Part shown: positions 23,520-35,850 of the stretch, one piece after another | Position numbering within the stretch: the stretch's first letter is position 1 | Layout: each line of letters starts with the position of its first letter | Origin: Heptranchias perlo | Taxonomy: Eukaryota | Assembly: GCF_035084215.1 (NCBI RefSeq) | Contig: NC_090341.1 | Coordinates: 50,034,001-50,098,000, forward strand | Reading direction: 5' to 3' | DNA length: 64,000 nucleotides | Made by a program: the position numbers and the translations under genes | The notes under the pieces: model-generated | The model's database searches: none | Told to the model about the DNA's origin: nothing | What the model saw: only the letters and a program-made list of their open reading frames with translations

Positions 23520-23735
23520 ATTCTGCTGTACACATTCTTCACTGCACAGCCTCTGAACTAGAACGGGAATGAGCTTGATGTTGTCCATCATATAATCGAC
23601 ATTCTCGGTCCCACTATCTCCTCTGACCTCAAATGAAGCTCCCCTATCTACATTGCCTGAGCTACCTCCTTGAAACTCGGTTTTCCCTTTCATTACAAAT
23701 AGTTTGTTTTGCCTCAACAACTTTCCACCATCTAT
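23520..23735 (+). mobile_element. Ancient L2/CR1-group LINE ORF2 fragment
   Basis: + strand reads IDILGPTISSDLK*...KLGF...PQQLSTIY, resembling family A ILGVTIDQKLNW...PQSLSTIY. Confidence 0.5.
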
Positions 23736-23850
23736 GCAGGGCTATGGGGAAAGAGCAAGGGAGTGGGACTAATTGGATAGCTCTTTCGTAGAGCCGGCAT
23801 AGGCACGACGGGCCGAATGGCCACCTTCTGTGCTGTATGATTCTATGATC
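23735..23850 (+). mobile_element. CR1 3' tail
   Basis: gggccgaatggccaccttctgtgctgtatgattctatga. Confidence 0.85.
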
Positions 23851-24012
23851 AAGCTCAATCCGTCCAACGCTTTAATACTGCTCCCGTATCTGAAGAAGTG
23901 AACACACTGCTCGCATTCCTGGGCAGGAACAAGGAAAGAGTTTGTTGGCTGACGGGCAGTACTGCTCCCAACTCTAGCCTCCAACTTCTCTCTCTGTCGC
24001 AATCATGCTTGT

Positions 24013-24435
24013 TGTCAGCTGTGGCTCAGTCTCACCTCTGAGTTAGAAGGTTGTGGGTTCAAGTCCCACTGCAGAGATTTAAGCACAAAAATCTAGACTG
24101 ACACTCCAGCACTGCACTGCCGGAGGTGCCGTCTTTTGGATGAGACATTAAACCCGTCTGCCCTCTCAGGTGCATGTAAAAGATCCCATGGCACTATTTC
24201 GAAAAAGAGCAGGGGAGATCTCCACAGTTTCCTGGCCAACATTTATCCCTCAACCTCAATCACTAAAAGATATGTCATTTATCACATTACTGTTTGTGGG
24301 AGCTTGCTGTGGACAAATGGACTGCCATGTTCCCTATATTAAAACAGTGATTACACTTCAGCCAGTTAAATACTTTCTGCAAAGTGCTTTGGGACTTGAG
24401 GTCATGAGAGGCGCTATAGAAATGCAAGTCTTTTT
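24013..24435 (+). mobile_element. DeuSINE
   Basis: Head gtggctcag..ggttcaagtccc, core and tail. Confidence 0.9.
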
Positions 24436-24799
24436 GTGTGTGTGCGTGCGTCCCCTCATTCTGTCTATTTATCAGTTTTACTACAGTCAGTGTTCCTCCA
24501 AGTGTCTCTCCCCTGTTCTTCTAAACTCCTAAGTGCTGTCCTACTTACTCTTCCTCCTCCCTATATTCTCATTGCGTTGAAATTGAGAATTTTTGCACAG
24601 TGTCCAACCTAGTCCTCTCTCCAGGACCTCTTAGTGTGACGTTCCTTGCCTTTCTCGGTCTTCCTATCCTCTTCCAACCTTCAGGGTCTTGGAACACGAG
24701 CTTGTTATCTCCTAATCACTGCTTCCTGACTTGCTATGCCTTCCCTTGTGTCAAACCTCATCATTGTTTGACGTATGTCTCTCATCTGTGAATAGCAGC

Positions 24800-25130
24800 T
24801 CAAAATGGCAGCAGATAGGACAGCCAACGACACAACAAATACTGAACATCCGGGCCTCCACTCACTGGGGATAAAGTTCGACTTTGGCAGGGATGCAAAA
24901 CAGGCTGTATCTTAACTGCCACCTGTTCTACGTCCCGTTCAATATTCAGGTTCATGGACTTCAATAGAACGGGAATCTCGAGTGGGGGGCACAACTCGTG
25001 GCAGGGCGATACTGCCTGGTTTGCGTTCCTGCCCAAGTCGAATTTCACCCCATTTGCCTTCCTCCAGCACTACGGTCAAAGAAAAGAGCACAAAGTCTGG
25101 AGTGAGTAAAGGCGATTTGACTGACCATTC
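24800..25130 (+). mobile_element. Highly decayed RTE-like LINE RT fragment
   Basis: Frameshifted ..RDAK/GCIL...LF.. (cf. GVRQGCILSPxLF) followed downstream by TTVKEKSTKSGV. Confidence 0.4.
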
Positions 25131-27054
25131 CCGCTCCATCCAGAGCTTGTGTATATTTACTTTATCAAGGACTTCCCTCACCCCATCACCACCCGTTGAG
25201 CCCTACTTTAAGGAACACTGAGTTTCTTCTCTTATTATCGCCCTGAAAAACCCTCCTCAACTACCTTCTCTGGCAGTCTGTTCCACGTGAGGGAAAAAAA
25301 AGTTTTTTCAACTCTCTCACTGTTCTCGCGCCTTGTGAACTTTGAACTTGTATCCTCTGGTCCTCTGCTTAGCGGTCCATTAATTTAAAAGGAAGGGAAA
25401 TCGGGCCACTCCTCGCCCAAATTTCCTCTATGGGCTGTGCTGGGGAGATCCTTTACACCCAAGTGCAATAGAGGAAACTATTCCCCAAGGAGCTTTGCCG
25501 TGGTTCCCAGATAAAGCAGCTAACATGGGAACTTAACAAAAATAGCTGGGTGAACATTAGCAGGGTGCGTGCTGATGGGGGGAGGAGGCAGGGTATCCCA
25601 TGCAACCTTAAGATGCTGCTGGGAAAATTTAAAGGGATGTGGCCACATAGTGGGGGTGGGGGTGGGGTTGGCAAATATTTTTCCAGTCTTTAGAAAGGCT
25701 AAAGTAGTTTTAAAATATTTGTCAGCCTTTCCAAAGGCTGTGTGTGGATAGGAAAGTTGGCAGATGTCCTGAGGTGCTATATAAATGTAAGTTCGTTCTT
25801 TCTTAGACCTATTGGTGAGTTTTACATAGCCCCAAATGTGTAATCAGCCAAGATCTAATTGAATGGCAGAGCAGACTCGAGGGGCTGAATGGCCTACTCC
25901 TGTTCCTATGTTCATCCCAGCCCAAAATGCCACTGAATCGGCCCCTATAGAGCAAGAAACCTGCACACTCACCGGTTTGTCTCAGTCTTTCTCTATTCTA
26001 GCGCTTTTATGTTTCAAAACCGCTGGCCAGGGACATCATGAATGGGAGTGCTGCCCATTCCCCATCCACAATGTCATTGAGAGTAACTTAATGATGCCAA
26101 CTGCAGGGCAAAATTCTACACAAATTGCCGTCTTCTGGCTAATATGGTGCTTCAGAATGTGCCTCCTGGCCAAACAACTGAGAAATTGGTGACCTTTTGT
26201 GGTGTCATCCTTTTCACGCAAGATTTAGACCGTGGGGGTCAAGGGAACCTCCGGGAAAAGGTCAACTTCAGTGTTTTTTTTCTTGCATAACCTTTAAAGT
26301 GGAAATCTATTGGCCAGAATTACTGATTATATTGCAGTCCATGGAGTCCTTGAGTAAATCAAACATTCCAACTAGTCCGCAGTGGTATTTATTGAGTGGA
26401 GCCCCAAGAAATAACACAACAAATCAGATATTGTAGTTGACGGGTTGTCACTAGGCCTGCTTTTAGTCCTGCCAAAATCCATAATCTGATTCTATCGGAA
26501 GCTTTTGACTCAGGCCACAAGAGATTGTCAGTGCAGAGTAGGCCTGATCCCTTAGGGTACAGTTTTCAGGAAACTGGATGCTCTTTGCTTCATCACCGTA
26601 GCAAATTTACTTCAGGGTCTTTTCACGTGACAGACTTGAGTACGTGCTTTGTTGCATTGGTCTGGCCAGACAAGTGAGGATCATTTTTATTACTTGTTTG
26701 TCTACTGGTGTTTGTGAGGAAAGCCTTTACGGCGCAGTTTTATAAAATCAGAACGTGTGTGTTGGATGAAATAAAGAGGACATTTAAAGGGGTAATATTT
26801 GGACATCGCACTCCATGCCGCAATACCACTGGGTGGAGAAACGGTGGTTGCCGCTGTAAGCTAGCGTACGTAGATGGCAGAACGCATCCCGTGCGCTCGG
26901 GACTTCTGATATTCAGCCTGAATGTGTCAGAGATGTTGGCCCAATCTTTGTCCTTTCTCCTTCCATGCATGTTGGAGAGGAATTTCCTAGATTTTGTCCT
27001 CCCAAATTAGCCTGGGTTTTTATATGCTTTATCATCTCTCCCAGGAGATCACAT

Positions 27055-28615
27055 TAGACTGTAGGGTGTGCAACTCAAAGCCTTTCAGAAATTGATTCTT
27101 GTGGTCCCCTCCTTGGCAGGGAATGAAATGTTGTTAAAAGTATTGGCATTGTGTGCGTAATCAAGATTTTAACCGATCTCACGCTCAAAAGTTGCGCATT
27201 AATCCATAGTTCCCACTGAAAATAACATGGCAAACAAGTAGTGCTTTTTAAAAATGGACTGCCATGCCCAAGCAATGTTAAAAAACAGTACAAATTGTTA
27301 TCAGCTAATATGCAAGAAAATACAATATTCAACTACTACTTATGACTGGAAATTGATTGAATCAATTTTTTATATTAAAATATTGTGGTTCCAGTCACTC
27401 TCCTGTCAGTTCTTCTCTTGTGAGGAAGCATGTGTAAGGCCTATGGTAGCTGGCATGGTAGCAAACTTCTATTGCAACCTTGGTTCTCTGTGTGGCAGCA
27501 GGTTCTGGTCTTGCTTGAGACGGGCAGCTTCCAGTAATTGCCCACCGTTGACCAACTCGCATTGCACCAGAACTTCAGGACGCCTCTTACGGTTAAAGTC
27601 TATGGTATCCTCTCGGCCATGGCCGATGATGAAGACTTTGGTGAGAAGATCGAACGCAGTACCCTTGTTTGCTTCTTGGCAGGCTCTGATGGCTCTCCAT
27701 TCTCTGTGCATGGACTTGTATCGGCTACTAAAAATAAAGAGAGAGATAGGGAAAACTCATCAACATTGAATATAAAGAACAAGTCACCGAGCACTAAAAT
27801 ATTATATAAACCAAAAGATGAAGAAATGGAAAGTGAGACTTCATTTTTAAAACTGCAAGAAATTGTAAGTTTATTCATTCATCCGAGTTTGTTTGACTAT
27901 TGTTCAGTTTTCATAATAAAAATAGTATCAGATAAATTTAAACATTCTACCTATCAGCAACGGATGCAGCTTAATGCTTCTTCTTGGCGACTAAACCCCA
28001 TTTCTGTTTTGATGAATCGGTAGCATTTTCGATGGCAACCAGCATTTTCAGGTATAGGAATGTTCCGTAGATTATGATCCTGCACAAAACACTTCGCTAT
28101 TTCAGCCTGATTTCTGATCAAATCTGCCCAAATCTCTACAGTCCGTAAAATTGATTCCGTGAACGGTCTGATATCTCCAACAACGTTCGAGATGTGGGCA
28201 TAACAACATTTAATTGAAGAATTTATCACTACCAAATCGGCCATGGTATTAAGGAATGCTTTTTTGAATTCTGAAGGATCACTTATAGACTCTGAAAACT
28301 TATTCATAAACAGCAGATCTGTTTCTAGGTTCTGCTGTTGTTTGTACCACGTGACATTTCTTTATCTTTGTCAGGTGCTGTAACTCTCTAAAACAGCACT
28401 TCTCATACCGCATACGTGATTTAATTGGACAAATTAGTCGGCTTGATCATTGATTTTAGTAACCTAAAACGATTTCTTCCACTGAAAATTATGTGAAAAT
28501 GTGCAAATCAGATATGCGCGATCGGTCGAAACCTTACAATATTATCGTGGTTTTCAAGTTCTGCCTCGGAGAGGACCACAAGACTAACAGCTACGATCGG
28601 ACACCTGACCATCTA
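27055..28615 (-). mobile_element. Non-autonomous TIR DNA transposon, Academ-like
   Basis: Termini TAGA...TCTA, ~150-bp imperfect TIRs (tcttgtggtcccctccttggcag vs tcttgtggtcctctccgaggcag), 3-bp TSD CAT (27052-27054 and 28616-28618), and a decayed internal ORF. Confidence 0.8.
27415..28245 (-). pseudogene. Decayed N-terminus of a putative Academ transposase
   Basis: Frame-shifted segments KCCYAHIS...GCHRKCYRF, LVQCELVNGGQLLEAARLKQDQNLLPH and VAIEVCYHASYHRPYTCF. Confidence 0.6.
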
Positions 28616-29389
28616 CATGGTTTTGGGTGGGGTGGGGAGTGTATATATTGTGATACGCAAAGCATCACAACTGTGGGGGACAGGCTGGATGCACCAGAGG
28701 GTCTTTTCCTATCCGTCATTGTTCGTATGTACAAACTAGATGGCACTTCTACCATAGATCCCTAGGCATCAATGGATAAACCTCGAGCCAATTAACATAG
28801 AGCCTCAGTACAAACGAGAGAAATTAGTCAATTCCTCTTGCCAGAGTCTGACATTATAACTGTACTATTATAACACACATCTACATTAATGCACTAACGG
28901 TCTCATACGATAAAGCATCGATGTTACAACAGCATTTGCTTAGGTCTTTATTAAGGGTATTTTGCTAAAAATTTATGTGGCGTCATCTATTTGATTAGCA
29001 GCGAGTTTATAGTCGACGTTATTTAACATGTTTAATTTACAGCAGAGGAATTTAAGTGGAGGTGATAAAATACATAAGAGTATTTGAATTAATTAGCACC
29101 AGCAGACTTTAATGTCTTGCCGCCCTTTCAACTGTAGCTGAGAACGGTTCAGTCCGAGGTCGGTGTACGGCACAGTCAGTTCCATTATCACTTGGACCTT
29201 TGGTGGATTGACTTCATGGCACCGGCTGTTTGACTCCCTCCTGGATGCTCCATGTCGACTCCAGGAACGCCTGTCGTGAGTCACCATCTGTGTCCCCTCC
29301 GCTTTACGCCTTGGTCGTCATCTTCTCGTCCCGGATCAGCTAACCAGCAAGTACAGTTTCTTCAATACCGCTGGGCGACAGTATGAAAT

Positions 29390-29835
29390 GTCTCAGTGGG
29401 TAGCACTCTCGCCCCTGAGTCAGAAGGCTGTGGGTTCAAGTCCCTCTCCAGGGACTTGAGCACTATATTTAGGCTGACGCTCCAATGCAATACTGACAGA
29501 GTGCTGCACTGTCAGAGGTGCCGTCATTCAGATGAGACATTAAACTGAGGCCTGGTCTGCCCTCTCAGGTGGATGTAAAAGATCCCATGGCACTATTTCA
29601 CAGAAGAGCAGGGGAGTTCTCCCTGGTTTCCTGGTCAATGTTTATCCCTCAACCAACATCACTTAAAAAAAAAACAGATGATCTGGTCCTTTATCTCATT
29701 GCTGTTTGTGGGATCTTGCTGTGTGCAAATTGGCTGCCATGTTTCCTACATTACAACAGTGACTACACTTCAAACAGTACTTCATTGGCTGTAAAGCGCT
29801 TTGGGACATCCTGAGATTTTGAAAGGTGCTATATA
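29390..29835 (+). mobile_element. DeuSINE
   Basis: Head ctcagtgggtagcactctcgcc..ggttcaagtccc, core and tail. Confidence 0.92.
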
Positions 29836-30362
29836 CACATTGTTGTGATTGGTTCAGCTACACTTGCATTTGTTCCCAAATTCTGTGGCCCCTGTTACTG
29901 CTGGAATGTCCACGTCATCATAGGATTCTGCATAGCCCAACCAGCAAAGCAGAGATGTCCAAACTTTTGTCTGCAAAATGGATTGAACAGACCATGGCGG
30001 GATTTGATTGAAAATCGGACTTTTTCATTCTGAATCCAGTGATTAGGCTGATCCACTCGGGTGACGGAGAGGTGGAGCGATGACAGAGATCCTTGGGTCC
30101 GGGGGCTTCATTTATATTCATGATGAGTGACAGAAAATACACAGCTGTCACTCAAAGTTCCAGCACAGTGTGTGAGAGAACCTTGGTGAACTTCTGCTAT
30201 CTGGCTTAGAGCTCTAAAGAACTGTGTCTATTGAATGCTGCTCCTGACAGTCAGTCCTTCAAAGCGAATCAGGTATCCGCACCCCAGCTCGCAATATTTA
30301 TTGCAGGTTTATTTTATGCTTTAGAGGCTGACGGTGTTTCTGTCACCAGCAGCTTAAGAAGA

Positions 30363-30790
30363 TAGAAAGAACTTGCATTTATATAGCGCCTTCCATGACC
30401 TCTCGACGTCCCCAAGTGCTTTACAGCCAATGAAGTACTTTTGAAGTGTAGACACTGTTGTAATGTAGGAAACGTGGCAGCCAATCTGTGCACAGCAAGA
30501 TCCCTCAAACAGCGAAGAGATAATGACTAGATAATCTGTTTTAGTGATGTTGGTCGAGGGATAAATATTGGCCAGAACACTAGGTAGAACTCCCCTGCTC
30601 TTCTTCGAAATAGTGCCGTGGGATTTTTTACGTCTACCTGAGCAGCTAGACGGGGCATCGGTTTGACGAATCATTCGAAAGACGGCACCTCCGACTGTGC
30701 GGTTTAGCATCTCATCTCATCCAAGTGAACTCCAAGAGTGCAGCACTCCTTCAGCCTGGATTATGTGCTCTATTCCTAAAATGGGGCTTA
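30363..30790 (-). mobile_element. DeuSINE
   Basis: Core and tail in reverse orientation. Confidence 0.9.
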
Positions 30791-31180
30791 CCTACATTTC
30801 CTACATTACTACAGCGACTACATTTCAAAAATATTTAATTGGCTGTAACACGCTCTTGAGGTCGTGAAAGACGCTATATAAATGCAAATCTTTCTTGTCT
30901 TTTAAACTGTGTCAGGTTAAGGATCCCATGGCATTGTTTGAAGAACAGCAGGGGGTCCCTCCCTCTCAGTCCTGGACAGTGTTTCTCCCTCAAGATATCA
31001 CCAAAAACAGATGAACGGTCATTCCCCTGGTCATTCAGCTCAGGACCGTGCTGCAAAATGGCTGCCGTGTTCACTTGCATAACAAATTGTCACTGCACTT
31101 CAGAGTAACTCATTGTTAGGGGAGCTCTCTGAGATGTTGCTGAGAGATGGGACGAGGAGCTGTTTAGATGCAAGTCTTTG
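30790..31180 (+). mobile_element. DeuSINE tail plus an older diverged DeuSINE fragment
   Basis: ttcctacattactacagcgactac...gctatataaatgcaa, then ggatcccatggcattgtttgaagaacagcagggg. Confidence 0.75.
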
Positions 31181-32049
31181 GCAATGAAGCTGTTACAGAA
31201 TCCCTTCGGACCAGCAGCTGCCACTAGATGGTGCAGTAGTTATAACATTCGTCCCATCCCAGCCGCACTGCCTGCTCTGCTCGTTGGCCTGTGAGATGAT
31301 TCTTTCATTGAATAGACTTTGTGCAGTTTGTCAGGCTTAGATTAAAGAATTGCATAAGGTCATAGAAAGTGCTGTGTAAGTGTGTTTTACAGTTGTTATT
31401 GTTATAAAAGCCCTATAAGCTGCTCTGCTGTGTATAAAAGGTTGAGGAAAGGCCACCCGGGCCTGACAAGGCCATCCTTTCCTCAGAAAGGGGCTGCCTG
31501 CCAGCAGTAAAACCTGGCAGGAAAGGAGAGGAGGCCCTCTAAGGCAGGAGAGAAACTTTTTTTTTTCGTGGGCCCAGGAGGAGCAAGAATGCTGTTATAG
31601 GCCCCACAAAGAAAGTCTGGGCCTCTGTTGCCCTCTATGCTGCCCCAGGCTCCCCCCTCCTCCACCCCCCAATGGCCCCGATTTGCACCCCGCACCCCCC
31701 ACAACCTACCTGAAACCGGCCAGCTGCCTCCTTCTGCTCAGTTTGGGCAGGGAGCCAGCCGGTGTTAAAATGGGCCTGGCCTCAACCCAATGATATCAGG
31801 CAGGATTGACACCAGCACTGCCCCCCTCGTCCAGGTAAAATCCCCCAACCCCACAAGTCCTGTTTCTAGTTAAGACATTCATCCAGATCTCATGTTAAAG
31901 GAGTTAATCGACAAAGCCTCAATCCTACAACTGTGTGGGCAAAAGGAATTCTTTTCATCTTTAGTCTTGCTCGAGGCTTATTCATGCTTTCCAGTTGGTC
32001 TCTCCTTCTGTTCCCACAGTTCCAAGTTAAATAATCTATTTGTTGCTAA

Positions 32050-32296
32050 GGGCACAGTGATGTAGTGGTTATGTTACTAGTAACCCAGGGAACGTGAGTT
32101 CAAATCCCACCATGGCAGTTTGAGAATTTAAATTCAGTTTAAAAAAGCTGGTATCAGTAAAAGCAACAAGAAGCTATTGGATTGTTGTAAAAATCCAACT
32201 GGTTCATAATGTCAGGCACTCAGTTGTACTGGAGATGGGCAATAAATGCCGGCCTTTCCAGCGATGCACACATCCCAAGAATTAATGAAAAAAAAA
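32050..32296 (+). mobile_element. tRNA-derived SINE with family-A LINE 3' tail
   Basis: A-box-like tgatgtagtgg and B box gagttcaaatccc; tail gatgggcaataaatgccggcc...cacatcccaagaattaatgaaaaaaaaa. Confidence 0.8.
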
Positions 32297-32328
32297 TCAA
32301 TGGTTTTTGTTGAAGAGCTGGAACTCCA

Positions 32329-33028
32329 TGAGGCAGAATTCCTAGATCTGTGTGAGGCAGAGGTCCTAGAACTGTGTGAGGCAGAGGTCCTGGATCTGTG
32401 TGAGGCAGAGGTCCTAGATCTGTGTGAGGCAGAGGTCCTGGATCTGTGTGAGGCAGAGGTCCTAGATCTGTGTGAGGCAGAGGTCCTGGATCTGTGTGAG
32501 GCAGAAGTCCTAGATCTGTGTGAGGCAGAGGTCCTGGATCTGTGTGAGGCAGAGGTCCTGGATCTGTGTGAGGCAGAGGTCCTAGATCTGTGTGAGGCAG
32601 AGGTCCTGGATCTGTGTGAGGCAGAGGTCCTAGATCTGTGTGAGGCAGAGGTCCTGGATCTGTGTGAGGCAGAGGTCCTAGATCTGTGTGAGGCAGAGGT
32701 CCTGGATCTGTGTGAGGCAGAGGTCCTGGATCTGTGTGAGGCAGAGGTCCTAGATCTGTGTGAGGCAGAGGTCCTGGATCTGTGTGAGGCAGAGGTCCTG
32801 GATCTGTGTGAGGCAGAGGTCCTAGAACTGTGTGAGGCAGAGGTCCTGGATCTGTGTGAGGCAGAGGTCCTGGATCTGTGTGAGGCAGAGGTCCTGGATC
32901 TGTGTGAGGCAGAGGTCCTGGATCTGTGTGAGGCAGAGGTCCTGGATCTGTGTGAGGCAGTGGTCCTGGATCTGTGTGAGGCAGAGGTCCTGGATCTGTG
33001 TGAGGCAGAGGTCCTGGATCTGTGTGAG
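32329..33028. repeat. 24-bp minisatellite, ~29 copies (orphan unit at 34815-34845)
   Basis: Unit tgaggcagaggtcctrgatctgtg. Confidence 0.97.
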
Positions 33029-34814
33029 CTAAACGATCCCACAACCAATGGATCAGATCAAAGCTCTGCAGTCCTGCCACATCCAGTCTTGAATGGTAGT
33101 GGACAATTAAACAACTAACGGGAGGAGGAGGCTCTGTAAACATCCCCACCCTCAATGATGGCAGAGTCCAGCACGTGAGTGCAAAAGACAAGGCTGAAGC
33201 GTTTGCAACCATCTTCAGCCAGAAGTGCCGAGTGGATGATCCATCTCGGCCTCCTCCCGATATCCCCACCATCACAGAAGCCAGTCTTCAGCCACTTCAA
33301 TTCACACCACGTGATATCAAGAAACAGCTGAGTGCACTGGATACAGCAGAGGCTATGGGCCCCGACAACATCCCGGCTGTAGTGCTGAAGACTTGTGCTC
33401 CAGAACTAGCCAAGCTGTTCCAGTGCAGCTACAACACTGGCATCTACCCGACAATGTGCAAAATTGTTCAGGTTTGCCCTGTCCACAAAAAGCAGGACAA
33501 ATCCAATTTGGCCAATTACCGCCCCATCGGTCTACTCTCAATCATCAGCAAAGTGATGGATGGTGTCGTCGACAGTGCTATCAAGCGGCACTTACTCACC
33601 AATAACCTGGTCACCGATGCTCAGTTTGGGTTCCGCCAGGACCACTCAGCTCCAGACCTCAGCCTTGGTCCAAACATGGTCAAAAGAGCTGAATTCCAGA
33701 GGTGAGGTGAGAGTGACTGCCCTTGATATCAAGGCAGCATTTGACCGAGTGTGGCATCAAGGAGACCTAGTAATATTGAAGTCAATGGGAATCAGAGGGA
33801 AAACTCTTTAGAAGCTGGAGTCATACCTAGCACAAAGGAAAATGGCAGTGCTTGTTGGAGGCCAATCATCTCAGCCCCAGAACATTGCTGCAGGAGTTCC
33901 TCAGGGCAGTGTCCTTGGCCCAACCATCTTCAGCTGCTTCATCAATGACCTCCCCTCCTTCATATGGTCAGAAGTGGGGATGTTCGCTGATGATTGCACA
34001 GTGTTCAGTTCCATTCGCAACCCCTCAGATAATAAAGCAGTCCATGCTTGCATGCAGCAAGACCTGGACAACATCCAGGCTTGGGCCGATAAGTGGCAAG
34101 TAACATTCGTGCCAGACAAGTGCCAGGCAATGACCATCTCCAACAAGAGAGAATCTAACCACCTCCTCTTGACATTCAATGGCATTACCATCACTGAACC
34201 CCCACCATCAACATCTTGGGGGTCACCATTGACCAGAAACTAAACTGGACCAGCCACAAGAGCAGGTCAGAGGCTGGATATTCTGCAGCGAGTGACTCAC
34301 CTCCTGACTCCCCAAAGCCTTTCCACCATCTACAAGGCACAAATCAGGAGTGTGATGGAATACTCTCTTGCATGGATGAGTGCAGCTCAAACAGCACTCA
34401 AGAAGCTCGACACCATCCAGGACAAATCAGCCCACTTGATTGGCACCCCATCCACTACCTCCACCACCAGTGCACAGTGGCTGCAGTGTGTACCATCTAC
34501 AGGATGCACTGCAGCAACTCACCAAGGCTTCTTCGACAGCACCTCCCAAACCCAAGACCTCTGCCATCTAGAAGGACAAGGCAGCAGGCGCATGAGAACA
34601 CCATCACCTGCACGTTCCCCACCATCGCGACTTGGAAATATATCGCCGTTCCTTCATCGTCGCTGGGTCAAAATCCTTGTACTCCTTTCCTAACAGCACT
34701 GTGGGAGAACCTTCATCACACGGACTGCAGCGGTTCAAGAAGGCAATTAGGGATGGGCAATAAATGCTGGCCTTGCCAACGATGCCCACATCCCATGAAC
34801 GAATAACAAAAAAA
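33029..34814 (+). mobile_element. 5'-truncated L2/CR1-group LINE (family A), frameshifted RT
   Basis: AMGPDNIP, NYRPI, QFGFR, ALDIKAAFDRVWH, GVPQGSVLGP, MFADD; A-rich tail; flanked by gtcctrgatctgtgtgag on both sides. Confidence 0.95.
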
Positions 34815-35177
34815 GTCCTAGATCTGTGTGAGGCAGAAGTCCGAGACATGCATGTGCTTGTTGCTGTCCAACGCAAAGCAATGCGAGAAGGCCAAACCTT
34901 TCTAAATTGAGAAACCAAGATGAGGGGGCCAAGTGGATCAGGTAAATCGGGGAAGCTGCGATTGGCTGACACCAAGCTTGTAATTTAAATGTCTGAAAGT
35001 TTCAGGAAGATTAATGGATGTAAGAAGTTCCAACATTTTAATATCCTGGGAAAGAACAGGAAGATTTTCGACTTGCCACCAAACAGAAATTAAAATTGGG
35101 CGGTTTCTATAATGGGCGGCTGATCTGCATCGCCGACTTTAGCTCCCCCCAGTCGCCTCCAAGTTAAAAGATCATGT

Positions 35178-35332
35178 GTTCAAGCCCTACTCCTGAGACT
35201 TAATCTAGGCTGACGCTTCGGTGCAGTACTGAGGGAGTGCTGCACCGTTGGAGGTGTCATATTTCGGATGAGGTGTTAAACGGAGAACCCCTATTCCTGT
35301 TCAACTGAATGTAAAAGATCCCATAGCACTAG
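35178..35332 (+). mobile_element. DeuSINE 5' fragment
   Basis: gttcaagccctactcc...gcagtactgagggagtgctgcac. Confidence 0.8.
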
Positions 35333-35624
35333 ATAGGTTGAAAATCTTCCCCAATGAGCTAGAGTAGGAGACAGTGTGAGTTGGGGGAGGGTGCGCAGGG
35401 GCGGGAATTTAAAGAAGACCAGGGTAAAGGGTGCAATACTGGTTGAGAAACCAAGGAACCGAACGGTTTGGGTTGAGTGGTTATGAGATATGTTCTTGTG
35501 GCAGGTAATAATAGCATTGAAGAGAGAAGTGGGTGATTATTGGACAAAGTAACTGATGGGTATGAGGATACAAAACCTGGTTTTACAAGGTCACTCTGTT
35601 GGTAGGAAACCTCACCCACCAGTA

Positions 35625-35850
35625 ACATAACAACAACTTGCATTCATACAGTGCCTGTAGGGAGACGTCCCAGGGCACTTACTTCACTGGAGCGTAACCA
35701 GACGAAAAATTGATAGCGAGCCAAAGAACGAGATATTAGAACAGGTGACCAAAAGCTTGGTCAAAGATAGGTTTTAAGGAGCATCTTAAAAGAGGTGGAG
35801 AGGCTTTGGGGGAAATTCCAGAACGTAGGGTCTAGACGGCTGAAGGCACG
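35625..35850 (-). mobile_element. L2 LINE 3' fragment
   Basis: acaacaacttgcattc...gaccaaaagcttggtcaaaga, as at 13466. Confidence 0.85.

Larger units (their letters stand above)
26900..28730 (+). mobile_element. CR1-type long 3' UTR fragment split by the Academ-like element
   Basis: ...cccaggagatcacat|catggttttgggtgggg...ggtcttttcctatccgtcattgttcgtatg matches the uninterrupted copy at ~55370-55582. Confidence 0.75.

Noticed and set aside
31440-31850. GC-rich segment resembling a Harbinger MITE interior (also ~62545-62870 and ~63050-63140)
   Set aside because: Paired TIRs and TSDs could not be defined, so it is not annotated.
32212-33275. Long ORFs of 278-351 aa (LCEAEVLD, HTDPGPLP and SHRSRTSA repeats)
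   Set aside because: Artefacts of a 24-bp unit that is stop-free in several frames; they begin and end in SINE or LINE sequence.
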